This document shows, piece after piece, positions 46,099-56,124 of a DNA stretch of 64,000 bases. The notes under the pieces were generated by a model, which worked only from the letters and a program-made list of their open reading frames with translations, was not told where the DNA came from and ran no database searches. The DNA comes from Thainema sp. (GTDB taxonomy: Bacteria > Cyanobacteriota > Cyanobacteriia > Phormidesmidales > Phormidesmidaceae), in NCBI GenBank assembly GCA_052168235.1, contig JBQLZK010000028.1:18827-82826 (forward strand), given 5' to 3'. A program made the position numbers and the translations under genes. Numbering within the stretch: the stretch's first letter is position 1; each line of letters starts with the position of its first letter.

Positions 46099-47235
46099 AT
46101 GAAATTCGTTGACGAATACCGCGACGCCGACCTCACCCAACACTACGCAACCGCGATCGCAGATCTCACCACCCGCCCCTGGACACTAATGGAAATCTGC
46201 GGCGGCCAAACCCACGCCATCGTCAAATACGGCCTAGATAGGCTCCTACCACCCGAAATCACCCTAATTCATGGCCCCGGCTGTCCCGTCTGCGTCACCT
46301 CTGCCGAAGTGATCGACACTGCGATCGCACTGGCTCGTCAGCCCAACGTGATTTTCTGCTCCTTCGGCGACATGCTGCGCGTCCCCGGTTCCGTCCCCGA
46401 CTCGACCAGCGGCGCACCCGTCCCCACCGACCTGCTCAGCGTCAAAGCCAACGGCGGCGATGTCCGCATGGTCTACTCGCCGCTGGATGCCTTGACCATT
46501 GCCCAGGCGAACCCCGACAAAGAAGTCGTCTTCTTCGCCGTTGGCTTTGAAACCACTGCTCCCGCTACCGCGATGGCCGTTTATCAAGCCAAACAGCAGG
46601 GCTTAGACAATTTCTCGTTACTCGTATCCCATGTATTAGTGCCGCCCGCCATGGAAGCGTTACTCTCCTCACCAGACTGTCAGGTGCAGGGCTTTTTAGC
46701 AGCGGGTCACGTCTGCACCGTGATGGGTTATGAAGAGTATGGTGCGATCGCAGATCGGTTCCAGGTGCCTATTGTCGTCACGGGCTTCGAACCCGTCGAT
46801 ATTCTGCAAGGCGTTTACCTCTGCATCCAGCAGCTCGAATCCGGTCGGGCCGAAGTGGAAAACCAGTATCGCCGCTCCGTCCGGCAGCAGGGCAACACCA
46901 CCGCTCAGCAGGTAATTCAGCAAGTCTTTCAAGTCGTGCCCCAAACCTGGCGTGGCTTGGGTGAGATTCCCCAAAGCGGCCTTGGTTTACGCCCGGAATA
47001 CGCCCAGTTTGATGCCCTGCAAAAGGGCATTCTAACCACTCCGGTGCAGCCCGCTACCAACGCCACTGAATGTATCAGCGGCCTCATTCTCCAGGGACTC
47101 CGCAAACCGGAAACCTGCCCCGCCTTCGGCACCCGCTGCACCCCCGACCATCCCCTCGGCGCACCCATGGTGTCCTCCGAAGGAGCCTGTGCGGCCTACT
47201 ACCGATATCGTCAGCGGACATTAACGACGATCTAA
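46099..47235 (+). CDS. hypD: Hydrogenase formation protein HypD
   Basis: [65 protein letters not shown]. Confidence 0.97.
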   Translation: MKFVDEYRDADLTQHYATAIADLTTRPWTLMEICGGQTHAIVKYGLDRLLPPEITLIHGPGCPVCVTSAEVIDTAIALARQPNVIFCSFGDMLRVPGSVPDSTSGAPVPTDLLSVKANGGDVRMVYSPLDALTIAQANPDKEVVFFAVGFETTAPATAMAVYQAKQQGLDNFSLLVSHVLVPPAMEALLSSPDCQVQGFLAAGHVCTVMGYEEYGAIADRFQVPIVVTGFEPVDILQGVYLCIQQLESGRAEVENQYRRSVRQQGNTTAQQVIQQVFQVVPQTWRGLGEIPQSGLGLRPEYAQFDALQKGILTTPVQPATNATECISGLILQGLRKPETCPAFGTRCTPDHPLGAPMVSSEGACAAYYRYRQRTLTTI

Positions 47236-47240
47236 CTAGT

Positions 47241-47275
47241 AAGAAAAAAGCGCTGCAACGCAGCGCTTTTTTCTT
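47241..47275. terminator. Bidirectional terminator between hypD and era
   Basis: AAGAAAAAAGCGCTGC-AAC-GCAGCGCTTTTTTCTT. Confidence 0.85.
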
Positions 47276-47279
47276 ACGA

Positions 47280-48323
47280 TTATTCTTCCACCCGATACCC
47301 CAATTCCGCCAACCGCGATCGCGACTGTCGCCACTTGGGCTGCACCTTCACAAACAGCTCCAGGTAAACCTTTCCGGCGATCAGCTTTTGAATCTGCTGC
47401 CGTGCATCGGAGCCGATGGCTTTGATCATGGCACCGCCCTTGCCGATGATGATGCCCTTTTGGGACTTGCGCTCCACATTTACCGTCGCCAAAATGCGCG
47501 TAATATCCGGTTCCTCGTCCACCCGGTCAATTGCGATCGCAACTGAGTGAGGCACTTCCTCCCGCGTATGCAACAAGATTTGCTCCCGAATTAGTTCGCC
47601 CATGATGAACCGCTCCGGCTGATCGGTGACCAGATCCGGCGGGTAGTAGTAGGGGCCAGGTTCCAAATGCTGAATCAGCGCGGCTTGCAGGTCTTCTACG
47701 CCTTCTCCGGTCACGGCGGAAAATTTGTGGATTGACCAACCGTGAGCTTTAGCCATCGCGGTATAGCTTCGCTCCACTAATGAGGCATCTACTGAGTCAT
47801 CGCCGGATTGCAGGTCAATTTTGTTGATACCGAGTAAAACCGGAGTTTTTTGCTCCGCCAGCAGCTCGGCAATAAAGCGATCGCCGCCGCCCGCTTCGCT
47901 CGTCGCTTCCACGACAAACAGCACCACGTCTACAGACTGAATCGCAATCCGCGCGTTTTGCACCAGCACCTTGCCGAGCTGATGGTGTGGCTTATGAATC
48001 CCCGGCGTATCGACAAAAATGATTTGCGCGTCGTCGGTTGTCAGAATGCCCCGCAGCCGATTGCGCGTCGTCTGGGCAATAGGGGAGGTGATGGCAATTT
48101 TTTGGCCCACCAGATAGTTCATTAAGGTTGACTTGCCGACGTTGGGGCGACCGACAATGCCCACAAATCCCGACCGGAATCCCTCCGGCGCAGCGGGAAT
48201 TAGCGGCAAGCCAAAGTCAAGTGATGGAGTTGGCGTATCGGTGTCGGTGTTCTCTGGAATATTATCTGCGATCGCATCTGACAATGGAGCGGTTTTTGAC
48301 ATTACGGAATTAGAGTCGGTCAT
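47280..48323 (-). CDS. era: GTPase Era
   Basis: GRPNVGKSTL, QTTR, DTPG, NKID, KH domain IIGKGG. Confidence 0.97.
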   Translation of the reverse strand: MTDSNSVMSKTAPLSDAIADNIPENTDTDTPTPSLDFGLPLIPAAPEGFRSGFVGIVGRPNVGKSTLMNYLVGQKIAITSPIAQTTRNRLRGILTTDDAQIIFVDTPGIHKPHHQLGKVLVQNARIAIQSVDVVLFVVEATSEAGGGDRFIAELLAEQKTPVLLGINKIDLQSGDDSVDASLVERSYTAMAKAHGWSIHKFSAVTGEGVEDLQAALIQHLEPGPYYYPPDLVTDQPERFIMGELIREQILLHTREEVPHSVAIAIDRVDEEPDITRILATVNVERKSQKGIIIGKGGAMIKAIGSDARQQIQKLIAGKVYLELFVKVQPKWRQSRSRLAELGYRVEE

Positions 48324-48370
48324 AGAAAGTTGAATTTAGGTAGTTTTAGGCTGTAAAGGAAAGAAATCTT

Positions 48371-48484
48371 GTCGGTTGGGTTGAGCGATGCGAAACCCAA
48401 TACAGGTCATCGACATCATGAAAGCGATGTTGCGATCGCATCACCGATTACTGATGTTGGGTTTCATGCTTCAACCCAACCTAC
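48371..48484. repeat. REP/REPIN-like composite palindrome
   Basis: GTCGGTTGGGTTGAGC...GAAACCCAA...TTGGGTTTC...TTCAACCCAACCTAC. Confidence 0.7.
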
Positions 48485-48501
48485 GAGTTAGGCCGCAATA
48501 A

Positions 48502-48939
48502 TTAATAGCCGGAGACATGTACGATCACTTCACGGTGATGGCCGCGAGCGCGGTGTTCCCAGACGTAGATGCCTTGCCAGGTGCCGAGCAGCAGCCGACC
48601 GTTGCCGACTGGGATATTCTCGGACGTGTGGGTCAAGGCTGTCCGCAGATGGGCAGGCATATCGTCGGGGCCTTCGGTGCTGTGGATGTAGGAATGATCT
48701 TCGGGGACGAGCTTGGAGAAAAAGCGCTCCATGTCGCGCAGCACGTCGGGGTCAGCGTTCTCTTGAATCACGAGGCTGGCTGAGGTATGACGTAAAAAGA
48801 CGGTGCATAATCCGGTTTGGATGCCCGATTGGCTCACCACGTCCCGAACCTCGGCAGTAATTTTGTGGAGTGATTTGCCGGAGGTACGGATGCTGAGGCG
48901 TTTCTGAAAATGCTGAGTGTTGGAGGTCGTCGTTGTCAT
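48502..48939 (-). CDS. yjbQ: YjbQ/UPF0047 family protein
   Basis: HTSASL.IQENADPDV..D, H..EGPDDMPAH, LGTWQGIY..EHR. Confidence 0.9.
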   Translation of the reverse strand: MTTTTSNTQHFQKRLSIRTSGKSLHKITAEVRDVVSQSGIQTGLCTVFLRHTSASLVIQENADPDVLRDMERFFSKLVPEDHSYIHSTEGPDDMPAHLRTALTHTSENIPVGNGRLLLGTWQGIYVWEHRARGHHREVIVHVSGY

Positions 48940-49083
48940 AAGTGAAGTTGTGACAGTATCTGCTCTATCCATCTTAGATGGACACGCGCCGATGGATCAG
49001 CAACTTCTATAGCGGTAGCCATGTTGGTTGTAGGGGCAAATGGCCATTTGCCCCTACAACCGTTGGTAGTCCTCAAACGTTAG

Positions 49084-49746
49084 CTATGACTTCAGCGGAT
49101 CATGGCCCCAGTTCATCAGTGAGTAGCGCCAGTTGGTGTCCTCAATATCTCCAGAAGGCTTCTGGGCTGAGTGACGATGCACGTAGCTGACGACCCGTTT
49201 CATCTGGTGAACATCGTCATCGTTGTAGTCAGACTTGTTCTTGTTGAGCAGTTCAATGATGTATTTCCCGGATTTGCGGCCCTTCGATTCGCCATCGCCT
49301 GAATCTTGACCAACGGACTGGCTTTCGTCGGTTTGGAGCCAGCGCTCAATTTCCTTGGCGGTCATATTGACGGCATCCTTAAAGTCTTGCAGCGCAGTAT
49401 CCAGTTCGTCAGCGTCCGGCTGCTGCCCAGAAGACGAGTGAGCCGACTTGTTTGATGTGTCTGATTTGGATGCGTCTGCTTTTGACGTGTTGGATTGAGA
49501 CTTGGATCTGGATTGAGATTGAGAGCCGGATATCTTGCGCAACGTGTCAGGACGATGCCCGCTTACAGTGCCCGTGCTGTCATTTTTCACTAGGTAGCGT
49601 GGATTGTCTTCAGATGCTGCGACGGTTTGACCGTGTACTGTCGTGTTTTGGGTCACTTGCTTTTGAATTTCGCCTGTTGTCGTACCGGAGCCAGCGCTCC
49701 ACTCGACCCGATCGCCAGGTTTAAACTGATTTGCCTGCTTTGCCAT
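49084..49746 (-). CDS. DUF2945 (HVA1 Tudor-like) and DUF3140 fusion protein
   Basis: N-terminal F..GD.VEW....G.T.G...ASED.P.Y.V....TG....H; C-terminal F..AVNMT..E...WL.T.ES..VG, M..VV.YV.RH, WRYSLMNWGHDP. Confidence 0.75.
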   Translation of the reverse strand: MAKQANQFKPGDRVEWSAGSGTTTGEIQKQVTQNTTVHGQTVAASEDNPRYLVKNDSTGTVSGHRPDTLRKISGSQSQSRSKSQSNTSKADASKSDTSNKSAHSSSGQQPDADELDTALQDFKDAVNMTAKEIERWLQTDESQSVGQDSGDGESKGRKSGKYIIELLNKNKSDYNDDDVHQMKRVVSYVHRHSAQKPSGDIEDTNWRYSLMNWGHDPLKS

Positions 49747-49875
49747 TGGGGAGTTGTCCTCTCGATGTGCTGATAAGTTCAACGTAAAGAGAGGCTATTC
49801 GCGAATCATCAATCGTATTAGCGAATTCTTTGGTTTCCGATTTCCTCAATTGGGACGACCCACGCGGCTTCCTTG

Positions 49876-50096
49876 GGAACATGAATTTAAATAAACCCGC
49901 AAATTGTAGGACGGGTTTTGCCGTTAAATCTATACGCAGATTGGTCTACTAAACCCGACCCTACTTAACATCGAACTGGTTTAATTCACGATCCTTAGGA
50001 ACGCGGATTTAATAAGGTGGAAATCTTTGGGTAGGGACACGGCATTGCCGTGTCCCTACGGATGAAATGATTGACAGGCTATTTGATCCACGATCC
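49876..50096. mobile_element. Two tandem MITE-like elements, each enclosing a REP palindrome
   Basis: GGAACATGAAT...ATTCACGATCC TTA GGAACGCGGAT...ATCCACGATCC TTA; internal GTAGG...CCTAC palindromes. Confidence 0.65.
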
Positions 50097-50102
50097 TTAG
50101 TA

Positions 50103-51011
50103 TTACTCAGGTGCATCCGTGAGCGGGGCGGTTTTAGGATATTGAAGCTGAGCTTCGGCGAAGGCTTGTTTGGCGCGGCGAGTCAGATCGGTTTGATAGA
50201 CGATTTCATCGCGGGCATCGATGGGATAGGCTTTGAGGCGAAAATGGGTGGCCCAGGCGAGTTCTTCCATAACGACAACGATAGGCAAGTTGAGCTGAGT
50301 GTATTTGCTGCTGTAGGCGGCTTCATAGAGGATTTGAAAGACCTGTTCGACATCAATGCCATGTTCAAAATAGAAGTGGGTAATCACTTGGGCTTCCAAA
50401 CTGCCGCTGTTGGCATTGGAGATCGCGTCTGTCCAGGTTTTGCTGTGGGGAATGGTGACCTGATTGTCGTCGAGGGTGCGCAGCCGAATGCTCCGCAGGC
50501 CGTAGCTGACCACTTCGCCATAGCTATCGCCGATCCGCACGCGATCGCCCACTCGATAAGGCGCTTCAAACAGAGCGACAATGCCCGCAATGATCGAGGT
50601 GACGTAATCTTTGAAGGCAAAACCCAGCGCAACGGCAATCGTTCCGGTCACAGCAAACAGATTTTCCTCAGATAAGTCAAAGAACAGGTTGATTAGATAA
50701 GCCGTGATCACAATCAGGATCAGCCCTTTCCAGAAGGGGAGCGACTGTTTGACAATCAGCCGATAGCGACGGGCCACCTGCTCCGAAACCCAGTTGGTCA
50801 AAGACTGGGCGGCGCGACTCAGACTATAAGCCAGCAGAATCACCAAGACGGTTTTGATGATTTTACGTACCGTGATGTCGGTAAAGATGTCCTGTGGCCG
50901 CAGACCGTCGCCATCCTGCGCCAGCCAATGAAGGGGAGAAAGTAGCGCTGATAAGTGCATGAAGTGCGCTAAATCGGGCTGTAGCGCCCTGTCCAGTAGC
51001 GTCATATCCAT
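50103..51011 (-). CDS. MscS family mechanosensitive channel
   Basis: Three TM segments; ALGFAFKD...SIIAG....FE.PYRVGD.V.IG..YGEV...GLRS..LRT.DD..VTIP. Confidence 0.88.
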   Translation of the reverse strand: MDMTLLDRALQPDLAHFMHLSALLSPLHWLAQDGDGLRPQDIFTDITVRKIIKTVLVILLAYSLSRAAQSLTNWVSEQVARRYRLIVKQSLPFWKGLILIVITAYLINLFFDLSEENLFAVTGTIAVALGFAFKDYVTSIIAGIVALFEAPYRVGDRVRIGDSYGEVVSYGLRSIRLRTLDDNQVTIPHSKTWTDAISNANSGSLEAQVITHFYFEHGIDVEQVFQILYEAAYSSKYTQLNLPIVVVMEELAWATHFRLKAYPIDARDEIVYQTDLTRRAKQAFAEAQLQYPKTAPLTDAPE

Positions 51012-52336
51012 CAGGTTTCTCCCACTAGAAAGTTATTGTCCGCAAGTTCCGTTTTAAGCCGGGGATAGTGCTTGGGGCTGACGGCGAGCTGTCCTTGGTG
51101 CTGTTCTAAAACACCTTGGCGGAGTAAAAGCTGGGCTTGCGATCGCAAAATACTTTCTGTTTCTCCCAAGCTCAGCGCCAAGTGCGATCTCGTCATGGCA
51201 CCGTGCAGCAGCAGGGAGTGCAGCAGATAGCGATCTTTCATGGTGATCGATGGCAGGCTGGGCAGGACGGGGTGGGTTTGATGGAGTTTGTTGGCCCAGT
51301 AGGTGGGGATTTGGGTGGATGGGGAAGAGGTAGATGGGTGGATGGGTGGATGGGTGGATGGGTGATCGGTGGGTGATGAATCGGTGGGTGGTGAAGAGGG
51401 TGAGTGGGTGGTGGGATGGGTTGGATCGTGGGGTGGTTCGGTTGTCTTATCGGTGGTGCGGATGCGGAGGGATTTGAGCCAGAGCTGAGCGGCGGCGCGG
51501 CTGCCGCCGCGTGAGAGGTCGGCGAGTCCTTTCCAGTAGGAGTCGGACTCAAAGGTTGGCACATTCAGGTCATCGCAGTCGGGTTCGAGCAGGTGAGTTG
51601 CGATCGCACTCAGCCAGTTTTGTAAATCTTTGCCGGATAGATCGGGGAGCGATGTGCAACAGTCAAAGTAGGCGCGAATTTGGCAAACGCGGTCTAAGAA
51701 TTCCCAGGCCCAGGTGTTGCAGCCAATCAGCCAGAACACGTGGGGATACTGCACCACCGCATCCCGCACTTCGATCAGCTCTTGCCAGCCGCCGATGCTG
51801 CGTAGAAAATTCTGGTGCAGTTCGGGAATTACCATCAAAATCGGCTGGGCAGACTGGGATGAATCGGCATCCGGATCGTCAGCGCCATTTTTTTCGTTTT
51901 CATCAGGCTTCCCGTCGCCGCGCGGCATACTTTTTTGCTGTTCTGCCTGATCCTCTAGGATGCGCCGTAGCTGACTGGCCTGATTGGAGAGCTGCGTGAG
52001 CCGCTTTGAGGGTAGCGGATAGACGACGTTGAACTGTGTGTATTCGGAGGCCAGCGTATTCAGCAATTCTGCGGGTGAGTTGACAGGGCTGCTCAAGACC
52101 ACCAAATGATTGGGTTCATCGTCCGGATCAGCTTGCCACTGCTGAATCGTAGAGGCCAATTTGTTTTGTAGGGTTGTGTAGTAAATCTCTGGCCACTGCA
52201 ACCGTTCCAGATCATGTGCGATCGTATCGGCTAAATCTTCTGGTAATGAATCGGATTGTTGCTCTGTACGGCTAGCCTGTCGCCGCGATAACCACGACTG
52301 CACCTGGTTCAACAGCGATCGCAATCGAACGCTCAT
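51011..52336 (-). CDS. Hypothetical protein (degenerate P-loop-like fold, C-terminal winged helix), coupled to MscS
   Basis: 441-aa ORF overlapping both neighbours; LHSLLLHG.MTR..LA.SLG HTH-like tail; internal THPPIHP repeat-derived linker. Confidence 0.6.
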   Translation of the reverse strand: MSVRLRSLLNQVQSWLSRRQASRTEQQSDSLPEDLADTIAHDLERLQWPEIYYTTLQNKLASTIQQWQADPDDEPNHLVVLSSPVNSPAELLNTLASEYTQFNVVYPLPSKRLTQLSNQASQLRRILEDQAEQQKSMPRGDGKPDENEKNGADDPDADSSQSAQPILMVIPELHQNFLRSIGGWQELIEVRDAVVQYPHVFWLIGCNTWAWEFLDRVCQIRAYFDCCTSLPDLSGKDLQNWLSAIATHLLEPDCDDLNVPTFESDSYWKGLADLSRGGSRAAAQLWLKSLRIRTTDKTTEPPHDPTHPTTHSPSSPPTDSSPTDHPSTHPPIHPSTSSPSTQIPTYWANKLHQTHPVLPSLPSITMKDRYLLHSLLLHGAMTRSHLALSLGETESILRSQAQLLLRQGVLEQHQGQLAVSPKHYPRLKTELADNNFLVGET

Positions 52337-53427
52337 CCGCTGCCTCCCTGCGCAATGTAGTCCGCTACCGCCTGTGCGATCGCAGTATTGCCATCCGTTG
52401 GCAGTGGCTCAGCCTGTCGCGGTGGCTGCATGGGCTGGGACAAGAACGACCAGGCGCCTGCCGCAAACTCTGCTGGCGACACAATCAGGTGTTCCGCATT
52501 ATTCTGAATGCCCTCCAGCAAAAACGGCGTTTCGGCAAAGCCCTCGCGGGTAATTGTCACAATCGGCACACCCACCCGACAGGCTTCGCTAAAGGTGCCA
52601 AAGCCCGGTTTCGAAACCACCCGCCCACACAGCGGCATAAAGTCCACAGGCCGATAGGCGCGCTCCATCACCTTAATCAAATTGGGCAGGTCAGGAGCCT
52701 GTCGGTCGAAGGTAATAAACTGCCAATCTGGAAACCGAGCCAGATTACCGTAGGGAATGCCCGCTAGCCCCAAACCGCCGAAGGTGAGCAGAATCGTCTG
52801 TTCTGGAGGCGCGGTGATCCTAAATTTTTCTCGTAACGTATCCTCGTCGTAGCCTGGATCGCCGCCCGTTAGCCCCACGTCAATCACGTTTTTGAAAGCG
52901 CTCATCGGCTCATGCCACGGATAGCGATATAAGCGATCGCACTTGGCAAACTGCTGACTAATCCAGTCAGCCATCTCGACAAACTCGCCGCCCCACTCCC
53001 GGTAAATCAAATCCCAGCCAAAGTTGCTCATCATCCAGCAGGGTACACCCGCCGCAACTGCGATCGCAGTTGCTAGCGGCGGAATGTCAGCCAGAACGAG
53101 GCAGGCTTTGTTCTGGGCAATAAAATTGGCCTCAGCGCTGATAATCTGAGAACTGCGATCGCGGATTTGCTTTAGCTTCTCCAACGTCGCCGCCTTATCC
53201 ATCGTCAAACTATCGCTCTGCACCACCCCCACATCAAAACTGCGGGGCCGATGAATAAAATCGCTGTTCGGTAGGTAAGACTCCAATAGCCAGCGAGGAG
53301 CTGTCGTCACAAACGCCAGCAGCACATCGGGACAAAATTTCTGAATCGTCGCGGCTACCCCTGCCGTGCGCGTCGCATGACCAAAGCCATGATTCGTAAT
53401 TGCAATATAAATAACCGGACGAGACAT
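52333..53427 (-). CDS. GT-B glycosyltransferase-like protein
   Basis: IYIAITNHGFGHATR, DVGVVQSDSL, LADIPPLA, SNFGWD, LLTFGG.G, VVSKPGFGTFSEA. Confidence 0.8.
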   Translation of the reverse strand: MSRPVIYIAITNHGFGHATRTAGVAATIQKFCPDVLLAFVTTAPRWLLESYLPNSDFIHRPRSFDVGVVQSDSLTMDKAATLEKLKQIRDRSSQIISAEANFIAQNKACLVLADIPPLATAIAVAAGVPCWMMSNFGWDLIYREWGGEFVEMADWISQQFAKCDRLYRYPWHEPMSAFKNVIDVGLTGGDPGYDEDTLREKFRITAPPEQTILLTFGGLGLAGIPYGNLARFPDWQFITFDRQAPDLPNLIKVMERAYRPVDFMPLCGRVVSKPGFGTFSEACRVGVPIVTITREGFAETPFLLEGIQNNAEHLIVSPAEFAAGAWSFLSQPMQPPRQAEPLPTDGNTAIAQAVADYIAQGGSG

Positions 53428-53530
53428 GTGACCTGCTTTATCGTGAGTCAACAATCCTGACTCATAATAAAGCAACGCCCGAAATCTCACCTATTGAATG
53501 CTCGCCTCATTAAAACCATATTTCGTATAT

Positions 53531-53628
53531 CTCACATCTTGCACCTTGCACGTTGAGAGCCTGAAGAGGTTATTTTGCCGTGATGCGGCGGCAAAATAAC
53601 CCTTCTGGGTTTTGGTGCAAGATGTGAG
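53531..53628. mobile_element. MITE with 14-15 bp TIRs and 5-bp TSD (TATAT)
   Basis: CTCACATCTTGCACC ... GGTGCAAGATGTGAG flanked by TATAT; central TTTTGCCG...CGGCAAAA. Confidence 0.85.
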
Positions 53629-53640
53629 TATATTGAGTTC

Positions 53641-54030
53641 TTAAAGTTCAATGACTGGACTCCAGCTACCGCCAGGAACTGCTGGCGTGATCTGAGCTGC
53701 GCTTGTTACTGCACCATCATCGATAAACCAGACACTTGTACGACCTAATGTAGAGTTATGCCACAGCAAGTCATTTGCAAAGCCATCCCCATCAAAACCT
53801 GAAACTCCTTCAATTCGCCAATTTAGATTACTAATTGAATCTAGAGATTGCGTTTGTTTCGTTCCATCTGGATTTACAGACCAGACAACATTTTTCCCGG
53901 TTTCATAATTGCGCTAGACTAGCTCGTTTAATCGACCATCTCCATCAAAATCACCCACACCTGCAATTTCCCAGTTTAGATTACTAACGTCTTGAATATT
54001 AGACTTTATAGTGTTTTGTATTTTTGCAGT
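53641..54030 (-). pseudogene. C-terminal fragment of an FG-GAP repeat protein with an internal stop
   Basis: WEIAGVGDFDGDGRLNELV*RNYETG.NVVW ... WRIEGVSGFDGDG..NDLLWHN...G..SVW; TAG replaces Trp at 53914-53916. Confidence 0.75.
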
Positions 54031-54158
54031 TTGCACCTTGTAAACCAATTACCCGAAGAGATTATTTTATGCCGACGAATGCCTCTCTTTTATCGATAGG
54101 ATGTGAACATTGCTAAAGAATTTTTAGAAGATTGAAGCAAAAGCGGAATCAGATATAC

Positions 54159-55883
54159 ATGGGTGATCAACAGAATGCTCTCCGTCAAATGCTGCTCAGT
54201 CTTGACCAGCGGAGCTACAAAGCATATCGAGACATTAAGGGCGAATATGCCTTTCCTGGTTTTGATCTGGTTATTGATCGGGTTCAGGGTGATCCGTTTG
54301 CTGCACCGAGCCAGGTGCGCGTGCGGGTGTCGCAAGATGAAGCCGGATTTCCGCCCACGCTGTTTCACAATCGCAGTCGCGAAATTGCCGTAAGAGACTA
54401 CCTGACCCGTCAGTTTTATCAGGCGACTCACGACCTGCGACAGCGGCGGGGCAGCGGCAAAAGCGGTTTGATTTCGATGACGCAGCCCGGACAAGCGGTT
54501 TTAGAACGCACATCGGTTTGGATCAATGCCGACTGGGTAGAAGCGCGATTTGTTGTTGGTTTACCTGCCTTCGGTCGCCGGATTGCCGGACAGCAAGTGG
54601 CAGAATTGCTGTGTGATGATATTCCGGCTTTGGTGGAACGGGCGATGATGTTTGAGAACCTAAATGCTCAGGCCATCCAAACCCATGTTGATACTGCCGA
54701 AGATGCCGACTGGTTGCGATCGCAACTCTCCTCTCAAAACCTCGTTGCCTTTATTGCCAATGGTGCCATCCTGCCCCGTCGCAGCGGTGTGGATGATCGG
54801 CCATTAGATGCCAAAGAAGCGATTCCGTTTCAAGCGCCGGAATCCTTGCAAGTGACCTTTGAGCGACCCCACTATGGCACGATTACCGGATTGGGTATTC
54901 CCGCCGGAGTGACGCTGATTGTGGGTGGCGGCTATCACGGTAAATCGACCTTGCTGCGGGCGATTGAGCTAGGGATCTACAATCATATTCCCGGTGACGG
55001 ACGCGAGTGGGTGGTGACGAATGCCGATGCGGTGAAGATTCGTGCCGAGGATGGCCGCAGTGTCGCTGGGGTCAATATTTCGCCGTTTATTAACCACCTG
55101 CCCCAAGGTCGTGATACTCAAGCCTTCTCCACGCCCAACGCCAGCGGCAGCACGTCGCAAGCGGCCAATATTATCGAAGCGATCGCAGCTCAGGCCCAGG
55201 TACTCCTAGTGGACGAAGACACGGCTGCAACCAACTTCATGATTCGCGATCGCAGAATGCAGGCGCTGATCGCCAAGGATGACGAGCCGATTACGCCGTT
55301 TATCGACAAGGTAAGACAGCTCAAGCAGGATTTGGATATTTCGACAATCCTGGTCATGGGTGGCAGCGGCGACTACTTTGACGTGGCCGATACGGTGATT
55401 GCGATGGAGAATTTTGTGCCGCGTGAGGTGACGGCAGAAGCGCGGCAAATTGCCCAGCAGTATCCCACCGATCGGCAGGCAGAAGGCGGAAAATCGTTTG
55501 GTGAATTAACGGAACGCATCCCCGCAGCTAACTGCCTCGATCCCAGTCGGGGCAAGAAGTCTGTGAAATGGTCGGTACGCGGCGTAGACCAGCTTGCCTT
55601 TGGCACAGAAGACATCGATCTGTCGGCGCTGGAGCAGATTGTGGAACCGGGACAGGTACGCGCGATCTCAGTTGCGATGGTGCATCTCCAGTCTTATCTG
55701 GACGAGTCGCAATCTCTGACGGAAATCCTCGATCAGGTGATGCAGGATATTGCCACCAAAGGCTGGGACGCCATGACCTGGCTACCGGAGGGCGATATCG
55801 TCACCTGTCGCCGTTTTGAACTAGCTGCCGCAATTAATCGGACGCGATCGCTACGGATTGTGCAGACGGTGCTTCATCCATAG
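54159..55883 (+). CDS. ABC-class ATPase domain protein (ABC_ATPase / MRB1590-like family)
   Basis: Y.AY.D..G, VQGDPFA.PS, LPR.SG, LIVGGGYHGKSTLL, KIRAEDGR, ASGSTSQAA, LLVDEDT.ATNFM.RD. Confidence 0.85.
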   Translation: MGDQQNALRQMLLSLDQRSYKAYRDIKGEYAFPGFDLVIDRVQGDPFAAPSQVRVRVSQDEAGFPPTLFHNRSREIAVRDYLTRQFYQATHDLRQRRGSGKSGLISMTQPGQAVLERTSVWINADWVEARFVVGLPAFGRRIAGQQVAELLCDDIPALVERAMMFENLNAQAIQTHVDTAEDADWLRSQLSSQNLVAFIANGAILPRRSGVDDRPLDAKEAIPFQAPESLQVTFERPHYGTITGLGIPAGVTLIVGGGYHGKSTLLRAIELGIYNHIPGDGREWVVTNADAVKIRAEDGRSVAGVNISPFINHLPQGRDTQAFSTPNASGSTSQAANIIEAIAAQAQVLLVDEDTAATNFMIRDRRMQALIAKDDEPITPFIDKVRQLKQDLDISTILVMGGSGDYFDVADTVIAMENFVPREVTAEARQIAQQYPTDRQAEGGKSFGELTERIPAANCLDPSRGKKSVKWSVRGVDQLAFGTEDIDLSALEQIVEPGQVRAISVAMVHLQSYLDESQSLTEILDQVMQDIATKGWDAMTWLPEGDIVTCRRFELAAAINRTRSLRIVQTVLHP

Positions 55884-56124
55884 CTGGTTTGTGATCAAAA
55901 ATGTGCGATCGCAAAGAAACGTAGCGAATTGCTTCAGAGCACAAGCAAACTGTGATCAATCTCACAAATTTGGGCATAGTTAGCGAAGAAAGAACTTCTA
56001 CGATAGCTCTGTAGGTGTTCAATCATCGTTCTACAGGTTGTGGCACACTGCGTTGGCGGATCAAGTGAGTAGCTTTATTGATCCTGCGATGTGAGGTTGA
56101 TGCTAGTAACCTATTCCAGCGTAT

